Positions 49,413 through 60,385 of a stretch of 64,000 bases of DNA are shown piece after piece. Each line of letters starts with the position of its first letter. Positions within the stretch are counted from its first letter, which is position 1. Made by a program: the position numbers and the translations under genes. This DNA is from Methanobacteriota archaeon. GTDB taxonomy: Archaea > Halobacteriota > Bog-38 > Methanoflorentales > Methanoflorentaceae. The notes below the pieces were generated by a model. It was not told where the DNA came from. It made no database searches and was given only the letters and a program-made list of their open reading frames with translations. Where the stretch lies: contig OY970393.1 of NCBI GenBank assembly GCA_963720465.1, positions 2,080,001 to 2,144,000 of the forward strand, read 5' to 3'.

Positions 49413-50638
49413 CGGTCATACTTGGTGCAGGCGAAGGCACACGGATGCGCCCACTGACTTATAACCGCCCCAAAGTTATGCTCCCGGTACTAGGCACGCC
49501 CATACTCGAACGCATAGTTAGCTCATGTGTCAAAGCAGGCATTTTGCGCATAATAATCGTAACCGGTTATCACGAGGAAGCAATTCGTTCACATTTCGAT
49601 AAGGCGGAGCTCGGAGCCCAGATTGAGTACGTCCGGCAAGAACAGCAATGCGGGACGGCCAACGCAATTAACCAGGTTAGGGATCTCGTAGACGAGCGTT
49701 TTCTCGCGTTAAATGGCGATAGCTTGGTGAGCCCACTCACATTGAAGCTCCTCACAGAGACAGCTCCAGACCGAGTAGTCCTTATCGCCGCGAAGAGAGT
49801 GAAAGAACCGAGCAACTATGGCATACTAGAAGTCACTGACGACGCTGTGGTTCGAATAGCGGAAAAACCCAATGAGCCCGTGTCTGATTTGGCAAATCTC
49901 GGTATTTACGCCTTTGAGCCGGATATCTTCGAGTGCATAGCTGAGACGCGGAAGTCGGCAAGGGGGGAGTACGAGATCACTGACGCCATACAATTGCTGA
50001 TCGATCAGGGCTACCGAGTTGGGTACGCGAAGGTTGAGGAGGAGTGGATCGACATAGGAAGGCCCTGGGACTTGTTGAGCGCAAATGAGCTTCTGTTGCA
50101 GACGCTCGAGAGCGCGAACGAAGGGGTCGTCGAGCCTCTTGCGACGTTAAAAGGTGTGGTGCGAATCGGGCGTGACTCGGTCATAAAAAATGGCGCGTAC
50201 GTTACTGGGCCGGTCATAATCGGCGAAGGATGCGAAATCGGGCCCAACTGCCTCTTACGCGCAGGTGCCTGCATAGGGAATCGAGTCAAGATCGGCAATG
50301 CCGTCGAAGTGAAAAACTCAATCATAATGGATGATAGTAAAATCGGACATTTGTCGTACGTCGGGGACAGCATCATCGGCATGCGCTGCAATTTCGGTGC
50401 CGGTACCACAGTCGCCAATCTGCGTTTTGACGAGAAGCTCATTAAACTCGGGGGCGCGGACACCGGTAGGCGGAAACTAGGGGTCATCATGGGTGACGAC
50501 GTGCGCACAGGCATTAACAGCATGATAAACGTCGGCACGTCGATTGGTCCCGGATCGACACTCGGCGTGGGTGTCGTGGCTGCCGGAGTTTATCCTCCAG
50601 GGTCGCGAATCGAATCGAAATCTACGACGCTGCAATGA
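49406..50638 (+). CDS. glmU: Bifunctional sugar-1-phosphate nucleotidyltransferase/acetyltransferase
   Basis: GAGEGTRMRPLT..RPK plus a left-handed beta-helix, HLSYVGDS. Confidence 0.9.
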   Translation: MLAVILGAGEGTRMRPLTYNRPKVMLPVLGTPILERIVSSCVKAGILRIIIVTGYHEEAIRSHFDKAELGAQIEYVRQEQQCGTANAINQVRDLVDERFLALNGDSLVSPLTLKLLTETAPDRVVLIAAKRVKEPSNYGILEVTDDAVVRIAEKPNEPVSDLANLGIYAFEPDIFECIAETRKSARGEYEITDAIQLLIDQGYRVGYAKVEEEWIDIGRPWDLLSANELLLQTLESANEGVVEPLATLKGVVRIGRDSVIKNGAYVTGPVIIGEGCEIGPNCLLRAGACIGNRVKIGNAVEVKNSIIMDDSKIGHLSYVGDSIIGMRCNFGAGTTVANLRFDEKLIKLGGADTGRRKLGVIMGDDVRTGINSMINVGTSIGPGSTLGVGVVAAGVYPPGSRIESKSTTLQ

Positions 50639-50708
50639 AGCGCATCGCCTCATAGCAGATGATAAGCTATTTAGCCGATGGAGCTCGTAAGCTCAGAGGA
50701 GACGAGAC

Positions 50709-52013
50709 ATGCGTATTGCCGTTTTTATTGGGACGCGAGCGGAGCTAATAGGAATGGCCTCTTTCCTCAAGGAGGTCGACAAGAACCCTGATACAGAACT
50801 CGTTTTCACTCATACCGGACAACATTTTGACCGCGAAATGTATGAGAACTTGCTTCAGGATTTGGGTCTTCGAGACCCAGATTATGGCCTGTCGCTTGGC
50901 AACATGAGCTACAACAAGCAGATCTCCGGCATGATCAATCAAATCGATGATATATTGGATAAAGCGCGGCCTGACTTTGTGTTTGTTCAAGGCAACGTAA
51001 TCTCATCTTTTAGTGCAGCAATTGCATCGTCGATGAATTTTATTCCTGTCGGCCATATTGAATCGGGCTATCGCTCACTACGGGACTTACACAGTGATGT
51101 TAGAAGGAAAGTCATCGAAATGTGCTCGACGCTGTTTTTTCCTGTATGCAACACTGCTTACCTAAACCTTCTTGAAGAGTGCTACGATCCTGATTGTGTC
51201 TACTACTTAGGTGATCCTCTCGTCGACGCACTTTTGGACTACAAGCCGACGGCGCAAAAGGCGGATTCTGTCAGTGCGTTCTGTGAAGACGAACGACCGA
51301 TTGTTTCTGTTGCGGTTAGGCTGCCGTGGAACATAGGAAGCCCAGAGGCGCTCGGCAGAATCACAAAAGCGGCGACTGGCCTTGATGAGTACAACGTTGT
51401 CATGCTCTTACACCCAAATACTAGGAGACATCTCGTCAAATTCGGCCTAATGGAAAAACTGCAATCGTGTGAGAACATCCATCTTATCGATCCATTGGCC
51501 TACACTGGCTTCATAAAACTGATGATGGACTCTCACGTGTTAGTCACTGATTCCGGAGGGCCTCAGAAAGAAAGCGCCATTTTGGAAACGCCGTGCATCA
51601 CGCTGTCCAATAGCACCTATTACATTGAGACCGTTGAAAATGGTTGGAATAGGGTACTAGGAAATAGCCCGCACCCGGATGTCTTGACTGAAGCCGTACG
51701 CGCTACGGCGCCGGGAAAGAAAATAAGCGACCCGCTTAACGACGGCAAATCATCACAGCGAATAATTTCCAAAGTCGTTGAGCTGTTCGAAGAAAGACGT
51801 CTCACGATTTCTCCGCAAGTGTCAAAAACGAGCTTCTATGCTCACCTAACGGTTTTTTCGGAAGGGTTCATGGGCATGCGCACACGCACCACGTCTCACG
51901 CTGACGGGACAGTTCAGGCGATGTTCGACCAAACGGGAGAAATCACGTTCGATCCGACGCAGGCTCAGATTGTGCGTACTTTCGGGCCGGTGCGAAACAC
52001 AAAAGAAATGTGA
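50709..52013 (+). CDS. UDP-GlcNAc 2-epimerase-like protein, divergent
   Basis: GTR.E, HTGQH, HIESG.RS, LHP, TDSGG.QKE; several catalytic positions altered. Confidence 0.8.
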   Translation: MRIAVFIGTRAELIGMASFLKEVDKNPDTELVFTHTGQHFDREMYENLLQDLGLRDPDYGLSLGNMSYNKQISGMINQIDDILDKARPDFVFVQGNVISSFSAAIASSMNFIPVGHIESGYRSLRDLHSDVRRKVIEMCSTLFFPVCNTAYLNLLEECYDPDCVYYLGDPLVDALLDYKPTAQKADSVSAFCEDERPIVSVAVRLPWNIGSPEALGRITKAATGLDEYNVVMLLHPNTRRHLVKFGLMEKLQSCENIHLIDPLAYTGFIKLMMDSHVLVTDSGGPQKESAILETPCITLSNSTYYIETVENGWNRVLGNSPHPDVLTEAVRATAPGKKISDPLNDGKSSQRIISKVVELFEERRLTISPQVSKTSFYAHLTVFSEGFMGMRTRTTSHADGTVQAMFDQTGEITFDPTQAQIVRTFGPVRNTKEM

Positions 52014-52028
52014 AAAGTAAGGTTATGG

Positions 52029-53030
52029 ATGATTGACAGCTATACCTTCTTTTTGCTTGTAGTCTCGGTTCTGCTTTCATTTGTAGTCACGTTTGTTGTG
52101 ACGCCGCCGCTTATCAAGAGAATGAAATCTGCGGGGGTGTTTGGCGTTGACGTTCACAAAGTTGAAAAGCCTGAGATTTCTGAAATGGGCGGCTTTGCTA
52201 TCTACGCAGGGTTCGCCACGTCCTTGATCTTCGCAGCTTTTTTGGGACTCAATTTAATGGTAATATTGGTTTCACTGCTTGTGGTAACCATATCAGCTAT
52301 GGTTGGGGCCTTGGATGACGTGATGCACCTTGGCGCCAAAGAAAAGCCGCTCCTCGGCTATTTCGCTGGCATTGCGCTCATATTGACTGCGGGGAGCGAC
52401 CCTTACCTTCTCGTGCCTTTGTTAGGAACGTTTTGGCTTGGACTCGCGTGGATCCCTATTGTGCCTTTTGCCGTCACAGCTGGGGCCAATGCAGTCAACA
52501 CCTTTGCTGGATTCAATGGGATGGAGATAGGTTGCGGCGCCATAGTGACGTTTGCATTAATAGTCGTTGGAATGGTGTTGATATCGCCGACTGGAGGCGT
52601 CGCGGGACTTTTGGTACTGGCGGCGCTATTAGGGTCTCTCTTAGGGTTTTTTCCGTATAATCGATATCCTGCCCGCATATTTACGGGCGATATAGGGACG
52701 CTCTGCATCGGTAGCGCTATCGCCGTTGGCGCCATAGCGCTAAAAATCGAATTATTTGCGGTCATCGCGGCTTTGCCTTATATCGTCAACTACGGCATGG
52801 TATTGCTCTCTGTTGGAAAGGTAACAGAGAGTCACTTGTTTACGGCCACGCAGGTAACGAATGACGGGTACTTGATCCCCTCAAAGTCGTATTCCGTTCG
52901 AAAGAACTTGTCCGATTACATCTTGAGCAGGAGATCGATGAAAGAACCGGCACTAGTGAAAACGCTTTGGACTTTGTGCATAATATCCGCCGCAATAAGC
53001 ATTTTGTTGGCGGTCTTGTCGACTCGTTGA
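52029..53030 (+). CDS. aglH: UDP-GlcNAc:dolichyl-phosphate GlcNAc-1-P transferase (MraY/GPT family)
   Basis: DVHK...EMGG, GALDD, NAVN..AGFNG.E, YPARIF.GD.G. Confidence 0.82.
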   Translation: MIDSYTFFLLVVSVLLSFVVTFVVTPPLIKRMKSAGVFGVDVHKVEKPEISEMGGFAIYAGFATSLIFAAFLGLNLMVILVSLLVVTISAMVGALDDVMHLGAKEKPLLGYFAGIALILTAGSDPYLLVPLLGTFWLGLAWIPIVPFAVTAGANAVNTFAGFNGMEIGCGAIVTFALIVVGMVLISPTGGVAGLLVLAALLGSLLGFFPYNRYPARIFTGDIGTLCIGSAIAVGAIALKIELFAVIAALPYIVNYGMVLLSVGKVTESHLFTATQVTNDGYLIPSKSYSVRKNLSDYILSRRSMKEPALVKTLWTLCIISAAISILLAVLSTR

Positions 53031-53205
53031 GGCGTATGGTTCACGGCGACAGACTGGAAAAATGGCAATGACTGCCTCCGGCAGAGCGTATAAGGGCCAA
53101 CAGCCTTGTGTGGCCGCAAGCATGAGACCGTCCGTGATCGTCTGGTCACGGACTCACGGAATTGGTTGTGGAAGTAGCTAGTGTGCCTAATCTAAGCCGC
53201 AGAGG

Positions 53206-55521
53206 TCACAGCAGCTGTTGTGAATTGATGCTAACTGCGTCGATCGGAGCTGTGTATCTCGCGTCGAGAGTCCCATTGGATGGGGGATCCATCCATAGAC
53301 TTACGTACAGGGTGCTTGTTGCCCCCACAGTGGGCAGAATCTTTAACGGGCTAGAGCTGCCGCTTGTTGTAAGATCGATCGGCACTGCCTTAGTCTCCCC
53401 GACATTTAACGTCACCGGCTTGTACTGGTCTAGCCAAGCCATGTGCAAGCTCAGCGGATCACTGGCGTAATTCGTTACATAAACAACTACTGAGTCGCCG
53501 TTCACTTCGACGTTGCTGATCGACGCGTATTGTGTAGGCGTTTGGGCGAGCGCGTTTTGGTTCATTTGGTAAATCACGACACCATTATTCTGGAATACTT
53601 CTGTCATAATCGTGGGATCTGGAACGAAGTTCGCCAATGGAAATCCCCAGACGCTGCTTGAGTAATTTGCTTTGATCGGATCGTAAACGAAGTAATCTAT
53701 CCCCATTTTTTTTGCTATGAGTAGCTTGGTGGCAGAATCTGTGGAGCCGTTCATGAAATTGGAGAGGTCCGTGAGCTGCGATAACTGATGGGTGACAACG
53801 TAAGAGTTTTCGGAGTCGGTTGATATTGCAGCTCGGGCACTGGTGAACGTGCTTATGTATTGCAAGAAAGTCGGATCTGACAATACTGTGTCGTTGGACG
53901 TTGTGTGTTGATTGAGCCATTGCAGTGCGCTCATTTCGTCAGGGGTGATTTTTGGTTCCTGTGCGTTTACGGCAAGGGCGCTGGCTGCGGCGATATGAAA
54001 TACCGGGGATAACACGGAGATAACCACGAAAGCGATGATAAGCATCGAGCGCATTGCCCGATTGTCTCGCCTCCGTCGCAAGCCTTGGACGCGCGGCTGC
54101 GGTTCATATGCGAGCCGAAAAACAAGGATTGCAGCAAGTATTGACAGCGGGAGCACGAGATAGAGTATCGACTGCACCCCGCCTTGATTTCGGAGAACGC
54201 CAGGTATGACGCGTTGAATAAGATAAGGCAAGTGCGGCGCAGCTACTCCCAAAACACCGATTAGCGCGGGTATCAATGCCACGAGGAGCCAGCTTGAAAC
54301 AAGCATGTTTCGCAGGTTTGTCTCAGCTCGATCCCAGAGGGTTGTTTTGTAAACCAGAATACTCAGAATTGGGATGAGACCAAGACTTGAAACCATGAAA
54401 GCTAGTGAGAACGCCGTCTGAGCCGAAAACACGAGGGAAACCGCAATTACTCCAGCCATCGCGACTAAAACCAAAATTATGATCAAATTAAGGGCATTTT
54501 TTGTCGTGTGGCCAATTACGGCAAACAGTCTGTCACGGCGTTTGTACGGTGACCTTTGATCTGTGCCCCCGCTAAAAAGCACGCCGACTGCTGCGAGCCC
54601 CAACATGCCTGCCGACAAAGTCAAGATCTCTGGAATGCTCCACGGTAAAGTTTGGTACTGGCTATACATGTACAGCCACCAAGGGGCGCTAATTATGACT
54701 GGTAGCAGGACCATTGCACTTATCTGCTTCAAATGCATCCGAGTGCCAAGATTAATCAGCACATAGAGTATGATGAAGATTGTGAAAATGTAATAAAACG
54801 TCGTGGTAGAAAGCCTGTGCGTAAAAATAAGCGTTGTCACGGTGAGAGCGCCCAGAAATGTGTATTTTGATCTCAGGATAGACTTACCTGCATCGTTCTT
54901 GATTGCAGCGTAGAGGTAATATGTCGCAAGCATCATCAATATCAGCCCGAAGCTTGACGCAACGATGTATTGCGGCCCTAAAATTGCCGGATTTGGGCTG
55001 AACGTTGCCGAAAAAAACGATGCCAGGGCGGCTATTCGGGTGTCGTCTGTGATTTTCTTTACTACAACAAAAGTGGTGAGAACGAAGGCTACCAAAATGA
55101 ACGCGGAAAACCCCTGCAGCAGAACGAGCAGTTCGGAATTCATGCTAATATTCACTCCACCGAGTATAGCGACTGCGCTAAATACGATCGGGAGGCCGGG
55201 TGGGTTAATGTTGTACCAGACGTCTCCAGGGGCGGCGTTTGGATCATTTGGGCTTAACGCATTGGTTTGTTGAACGGTTTTTGCTAAAGCGATGTTCGTC
55301 GCGGTGTCGTGATCAATCAAACCGGTGCCGCCGCTCCAGTATCCAGCGTAGCCTACGGTGATAAGCAGCAGCGCGAGGGTCGTGAGCAAGATACCTACCG
55401 ACACTTTCTTGCCCAGCTCTCTCGAACGCGTTCGCTCACCCTTGTGACTGTGCTGCGTCGATGGCGGCTGAGGTGATCCCAGTCTAGAATACCCTTGGTT
55501 CTGCTCGTATCGCTCTCGCAT
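53206..55521 (-). CDS. Multi-pass GT-C-like membrane protein with extracellular C-terminal domain
   Basis: About 13 TM helices; D-H loop, PPG, THRLS, E..AL.WL...T....VLSDP. Confidence 0.7.
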   Translation of the reverse strand: MRERYEQNQGYSRLGSPQPPSTQHSHKGERTRSRELGKKVSVGILLTTLALLLITVGYAGYWSGGTGLIDHDTATNIALAKTVQQTNALSPNDPNAAPGDVWYNINPPGLPIVFSAVAILGGVNISMNSELLVLLQGFSAFILVAFVLTTFVVVKKITDDTRIAALASFFSATFSPNPAILGPQYIVASSFGLILMMLATYYLYAAIKNDAGKSILRSKYTFLGALTVTTLIFTHRLSTTTFYYIFTIFIILYVLINLGTRMHLKQISAMVLLPVIISAPWWLYMYSQYQTLPWSIPEILTLSAGMLGLAAVGVLFSGGTDQRSPYKRRDRLFAVIGHTTKNALNLIIILVLVAMAGVIAVSLVFSAQTAFSLAFMVSSLGLIPILSILVYKTTLWDRAETNLRNMLVSSWLLVALIPALIGVLGVAAPHLPYLIQRVIPGVLRNQGGVQSILYLVLPLSILAAILVFRLAYEPQPRVQGLRRRRDNRAMRSMLIIAFVVISVLSPVFHIAAASALAVNAQEPKITPDEMSALQWLNQHTTSNDTVLSDPTFLQYISTFTSARAAISTDSENSYVVTHQLSQLTDLSNFMNGSTDSATKLLIAKKMGIDYFVYDPIKANYSSSVWGFPLANFVPDPTIMTEVFQNNGVVIYQMNQNALAQTPTQYASISNVEVNGDSVVVYVTNYASDPLSLHMAWLDQYKPVTLNVGETKAVPIDLTTSGSSSPLKILPTVGATSTLYVSLWMDPPSNGTLDARYTAPIDAVSINSQQLL

Positions 55522-55599
55522 TAGACGTGGACTATCTCAAAACGTGTAATAATAAATCTCATTTATAGAATCGCATGTCCTAGTCACTTATAGTTTTTG

Positions 55600-56750
55600 G
55601 TCGCCGTTTTCCAGTCTCGCTAACCTTGAACCAGCTTAGAAGCACGGCACCGTAGGTGATCTCATCCGAGACCGTTCTGGTAGCTATTGCGAGCATTTCT
55701 GCCTAGGATAGGGGTAAGCCTTACCATGGTCGAAAGGGATGCAACTGCGGCGAAAACTACTCCCGATCCAATAATTTTTGCGCCCTAGCACGCAGCGACC
55801 ATTTTGTCCCAGATTCCGTTATAGACAAAAAGCCCTGAACAAGCCGCCAGCACAAGCAACAATGGCCGAATCTCTTGAATCTTAAAAAGCGCAAGAGACC
55901 ACGTCATTTATTTAAGATAACAAAACCGGGCTAAACATATCAGAACCAGGAAGTAAGCTAGGTACCCTCAGCCCTGGGCCGCAAATCCCAGTCAAGAGAG
56001 CAAAAACGCGGGTACGATGCTATAGAAAGGACGGTTATCAGCGGCACAATCAGGAAAATACTCGAGCGATAATGTGCGTCAAATACCCCTACGGCGTAAG
56101 CAGTCGCTATGACGTTGAGGTAGAGCATGCAATCTGCTACGCTGCGACGGCGCGGACGCTGTCAACGCCCAAATAGACGGGGAGGGGAATAGTGATCTCA
56201 TTCTCTCTGTCAAAACGAGCGAGAACCCCAAGGACACTTTTTGAATAAGGATTAGAGAATCAAGTAAGGACCGACGCATATTCCGACTAAGCCAGGTGTC
56301 AAGTTGCGAAATAGGACTAGAAATATGAGTGCAACGCCTCAGTCAATGATGTTTGCGAAAACGACAGTCTGATCTTGTAGAGCGCCAGCTTGAAAGATTG
56401 TACAACGGCGTATATCGTAACCAAAAACGCTATTTTGCCGAAGATCCCTCGTACTGGGTCAAGCTGGCTGAGTAACTTGCTGGAGGATCTGAGGACGATT
56501 TCTGGCGAGAGATTGCAATCGAGAGAAAAAAGCAATATGAAGAGCATTGATCGGCACGTCGGCAATACGCGAGTTTCGTTCGGCAACGATCTTCACAACG
56601 CCTTCTCAATCCGAGGGTCATCACGGCGCTTAAGATCGTAGCTATGGCGGAATGGCGAGACAAGTTCAGCAAACCTGTACGCTGGGCACTATGCAACAAA
56701 AAGTTCTTCTGCCAGCGATATGAGTTTCGCCAGCGCATATCCGGTCCTCA
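55600..56750 (-). pseudogene. Degraded polysaccharide flippase-like gene
   Basis: Hydrophobic fragments scattered over several frames (ALAKLISLA, TILSAVMTLGL, VVKIVAE, IFLIVPLITVLSIASYPRF) with stops; ends approximate. Confidence 0.45.
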
Positions 56751-56925
56751 AAACTGAGAGCCCTCACCAGAGCTTCGGATGAAGTGTAACAGCAACAATT
56801 TGCATGCTTTTTGAAAAAACCGACCCAAGTCTCGCGACGGGCTGGCCGTTATGGGTCAACTATTCAGCCGTTGCTAAATACACTTTTGTTGGCGCATCTA
56901 AAAGATTATTAACGTTTACTCTGCT

Positions 56926-58083
56926 ATGGTCAATCGGATGCCTCAAGAAAGGTGCAGAATCCTGTTTGTAACTTCTTTCGACGTTCGACTGATTGACAGC
57001 GTGAAGACAGACGGCAGCATGATTCGTCTGCTCAAAGATTTCTTGCTGAGATACGAGGATCTGTGCGATCTATTCCTGTTTACAGGAGACACAAGCAAAT
57101 TTGATTTGGCGCCCGCCATAGAACACGTTCCGTCGGCGGTGTTCGAGAAATTTGGTCTTTGGCACCTTTCATATGCTGTCTTAAGCACATTCAGAATCGC
57201 CAAGCGATTGAAAGGAAATGCGCTAGTCAGGGGGTTTTCTGCTGCGTGTCCCGGGGCAATAGTCGCAGCAAAGGCAAAAAAGAAGCCTTCACTCGTTTTT
57301 TATGAATATAACTGGTCGTATCAAGTTACGCACGTGAACAAAGGCAAAATCCTTGGGACAGTTGCAAGACTTATCGAGAACTATGTCATAAAAAACGCCG
57401 ATGTTTTAGTCACGCGAAACCAGTCTCTTGAAACAGAGCTTTGCGAACGAGGCGCTACAAGAGTGGTCATCATACCATTGACGTTCGATGAAGACATTTT
57501 CAGACCCGGCATTGATGTCACAGCGCTCAAAAAGACTTACCGCGTCCGAGACGAAAAGATACTCATGTATATTGGAAGACTGCATCCAGTCAAACGGCTT
57601 GACCTCCTTCTCAAGGCAGCTGCCCAGCTTCCTGAGCACTTCAAGCTCTTTATAGTCGGTTCTGGAGCTCTGGAAGATGAGCTCAAAGACATGACAAAAT
57701 CCCTTGGCATTGCGGACAAGGTGATTTTCACGGGCGCAGTGCAATATTCCGACGTGCCGAAATTCATGAATATGGCAGACTTGATCGTGCTGACCAGTTC
57801 AATGGAAGGGCAGCCGAGGGTTCTGATAGAGGCCATGTCTTGCGGGACGCCGGCGGTTGGAACGAACGTGTTCGGAATTAGAGATACTATAGATGATGGG
57901 GTGACAGGGTATCTCGCCTCCGACGATCCTGGTGACATCGCAAGAAAAATTTCCGAGGCTTTGGCAAACGATGCGTTTCCACAAATGTGCAGGTCAGTCG
58001 CACTTGAGAAATACTCGAACGAAGCCTGTGCGTTGAAAGAAAAGGCGCTATGCAAAGAGCTTTTGGCGCTCGACAGCTACTAA
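56926..58083 (+). CDS. GT4 family glycosyltransferase
   Basis: YIGRLHPVKR, EGQPRVLIEAMSCGTP. Confidence 0.92.
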   Translation: MVNRMPQERCRILFVTSFDVRLIDSVKTDGSMIRLLKDFLLRYEDLCDLFLFTGDTSKFDLAPAIEHVPSAVFEKFGLWHLSYAVLSTFRIAKRLKGNALVRGFSAACPGAIVAAKAKKKPSLVFYEYNWSYQVTHVNKGKILGTVARLIENYVIKNADVLVTRNQSLETELCERGATRVVIIPLTFDEDIFRPGIDVTALKKTYRVRDEKILMYIGRLHPVKRLDLLLKAAAQLPEHFKLFIVGSGALEDELKDMTKSLGIADKVIFTGAVQYSDVPKFMNMADLIVLTSSMEGQPRVLIEAMSCGTPAVGTNVFGIRDTIDDGVTGYLASDDPGDIARKISEALANDAFPQMCRSVALEKYSNEACALKEKALCKELLALDSY

Positions 58084-58454
58084 CTTTTGACATACTCTGC
58101 CTCGCTTGCTGGCGTAGTTCTCGCACTGTTTCGTTTTCTCAGAGTAAGCGCACTCTCAAAGTCAATTCACTGCCAAAACACGGTAATTCGCCTTAGAACC
58201 TTGATCAAAGCTTGATTTCAGCGAGGACTTGATCGTAGCTTGGAGAAGGACGTTAGGAGATGATGTCCGAGTGAGGGTGTCGAGCTTCGAATGGCCAGGA
58301 TATAACAGGCTGGAGCCCGAACGAAAGAAAACGTTAAGAACCTGCGCAAGGCGATGACAGATTGACCCCAGCATTCAGACGACACTCTCTGGGTGCCGTG
58401 GTAGGGTCTCTTGTCGGTAAGCACCGAGGATCGTCCGCTGTGAGCCGATATTCG

Positions 58455-59042
58455 CTACTGTGGGGGCTTCTGGATTTCGAGGACCTGCTCGTCTGGAAGT
58501 TCGATGTGCTGATCTAGTTCGTGCCCAAACATGTTGATCAAAACGGTTCTCAGCTCCTTTCGAGGAATGTTTCCGGTGTTTTTCAAGCGGCACTTCTCTA
58601 AGTACTCCTCGTAAGTGCAGATGAACCGTGCCGGATTGCCCGCATAGACACTGTTCGGCGGCACGTCTTTTGTGACCACAGATCCCGCCCCTACCACGCT
58701 ACTCGGACCGATTACTACGCCCGGCATTATAATTGCGTTGACGCCGATGAAAGAGTTATCCCGAATAATTATGGGACCGAACTTGCTGCCTTCGAAGTCC
58801 GCGTTCTGCTCGAGCACCCATTTGGCTCCGTCGTGAGTCATAAAGGTAACGCCGTATGTAACCTTGCAGTTATTTCCGATCGAAATCAAGTACGGTTCGG
58901 TGCTTAAATTGCAGTAGTAGAGTTGACAGTTGCTGCCTACGCGTACTCCTAATCTTCGTGCTAGGCGGACACGGGCTTTCCCCGTGCTTATCCTGAATAA
59001 AACGACGTTCAATCTGTAAGCGATTTTTTCTAGCCAGTTCAT
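58455..59042 (-). CDS. Hexapeptide-repeat O-acyltransferase
   Basis: TEPYLISIG, THDG, GAGSVVTKDVP...GNPAR. Confidence 0.9.
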   Translation of the reverse strand: MNWLEKIAYRLNVVLFRISTGKARVRLARRLGVRVGSNCQLYYCNLSTEPYLISIGNNCKVTYGVTFMTHDGAKWVLEQNADFEGSKFGPIIIRDNSFIGVNAIIMPGVVIGPSSVVGAGSVVTKDVPPNSVYAGNPARFICTYEEYLEKCRLKNTGNIPRKELRTVLINMFGHELDQHIELPDEQVLEIQKPPQ

Positions 59043-59227
59043 TTGACGATTGTTTGTTGATTTAGATACGTTCCTGCTTGCTGAACCGACAGCCGCACGT
59101 TACACAATCTATATTTTACCCAGCTCTTTAAGCTTGCGATCTTCGCTCAAACTCGCCGAGCAAAAGCGAGGTGATAGGCGGCAGGTTATTATTGTTAGGT
59201 TGATATATTGCACCACAACTTTGTGTT

Positions 59228-60277
59228 ATGTTCAAAGCTATTCCCGTAGAAAGAAGAAGTAGAGTTATTCATGATTTTCCCTACAGTGCCGAGAGCAGGC
59301 GATGTCCACACGCAGGTATCGTCAATATCACAAAGAGCGGGCACTGCGTTTTTGGTTGCGCATATTGCTATGCGAAGAGCTACCCTTGGTCTGCGAACGG
59401 ACGTTTCATTGAGGTGTACGAAAATACGCCCGAGCTGCTTGATAGTGAATTAAGAACGATTCGCACGTGTCCGCCTCTTTATTTTTGCGCCGTGACCGAT
59501 CCATTCCAACCGTTTGATCTCGTGTGGAAAACTTCCCTCGACGCAATGCGTATCGCCGCGAACCATGGCGTTTTTTTTACTATCGTCACTAAATCGGACC
59601 TCGCCTTGAAAGTCCTTGAAACTCGCTGGGCAGATTATGAAAGATTTCGCGTTTCCTTCACGTGTGAGAGTCTCAACCGTAACAAGCTCAGCGCGATCAG
59701 CAATGCCCCAGACATCTTTCGCAGGCTGAGAGCAATCGAAAGGCTTGTGAGTGCTGGCGTCAACGTCTCAGTGAGAGTTGATCCGATAATCTCTGGGTTG
59801 ACAGATGATTACGGTGAGTTGGACGAACTGTTTCAGACGTTGAGTTCGATGGACATTTGCCACGTTACCACGTCAACCGGCAGTTTCAATTCCCGGGCGT
59901 TTCGGAAATTGCTCGCTAGGATCGAGGAAGGGGGCTATGCGGAGTCAGCTGCGCTAATTCGAAGTCGCTATGTCTTTAATGGAAAAAAGTACACGCTAAA
60001 CCCGAAGGACCGACTGACGCTTTACACGTATCTCGCGTCGCTTTGCGATCATTACGACATGGGTCTCTCTCTTTGCCAAGAACCGCTTAATCTCATACCT
60101 GGTGACGCCACACGATGCCGCACTCTTGGAGAGTTGGCTATGCGAGATCGATCGGGGCGGTTCATTCCAGTTTGCGGTTCTGACTGCTTAAACGCTTGTC
60201 CAAACGCGGAATATCCGCCTTGCAAGAACGAGAAGCTTCGCACGGAATATCCCTTCAAATGGCGGACGCTTAGATAG
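59228..60277 (+). CDS. Radical SAM protein (SPL/Rv2578c-like)
   Basis: CVFGCAYC, TDPFQP, TKS, R+DPI, Cys-rich C-terminus. Confidence 0.82.
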   Translation: MFKAIPVERRSRVIHDFPYSAESRRCPHAGIVNITKSGHCVFGCAYCYAKSYPWSANGRFIEVYENTPELLDSELRTIRTCPPLYFCAVTDPFQPFDLVWKTSLDAMRIAANHGVFFTIVTKSDLALKVLETRWADYERFRVSFTCESLNRNKLSAISNAPDIFRRLRAIERLVSAGVNVSVRVDPIISGLTDDYGELDELFQTLSSMDICHVTTSTGSFNSRAFRKLLARIEEGGYAESAALIRSRYVFNGKKYTLNPKDRLTLYTYLASLCDHYDMGLSLCQEPLNLIPGDATRCRTLGELAMRDRSGRFIPVCGSDCLNACPNAEYPPCKNEKLRTEYPFKWRTLR

Positions 60278-60385
60278 GGTCGTTCGTTTGACGCCGTTGC
60301 TGTGCTATTTTATGCGCCGGCTGATTAACGATGCTTTTAAGTATAAGCCGTACGGAATAAAACCTGAGACTTTTTCGCTTGTGAT

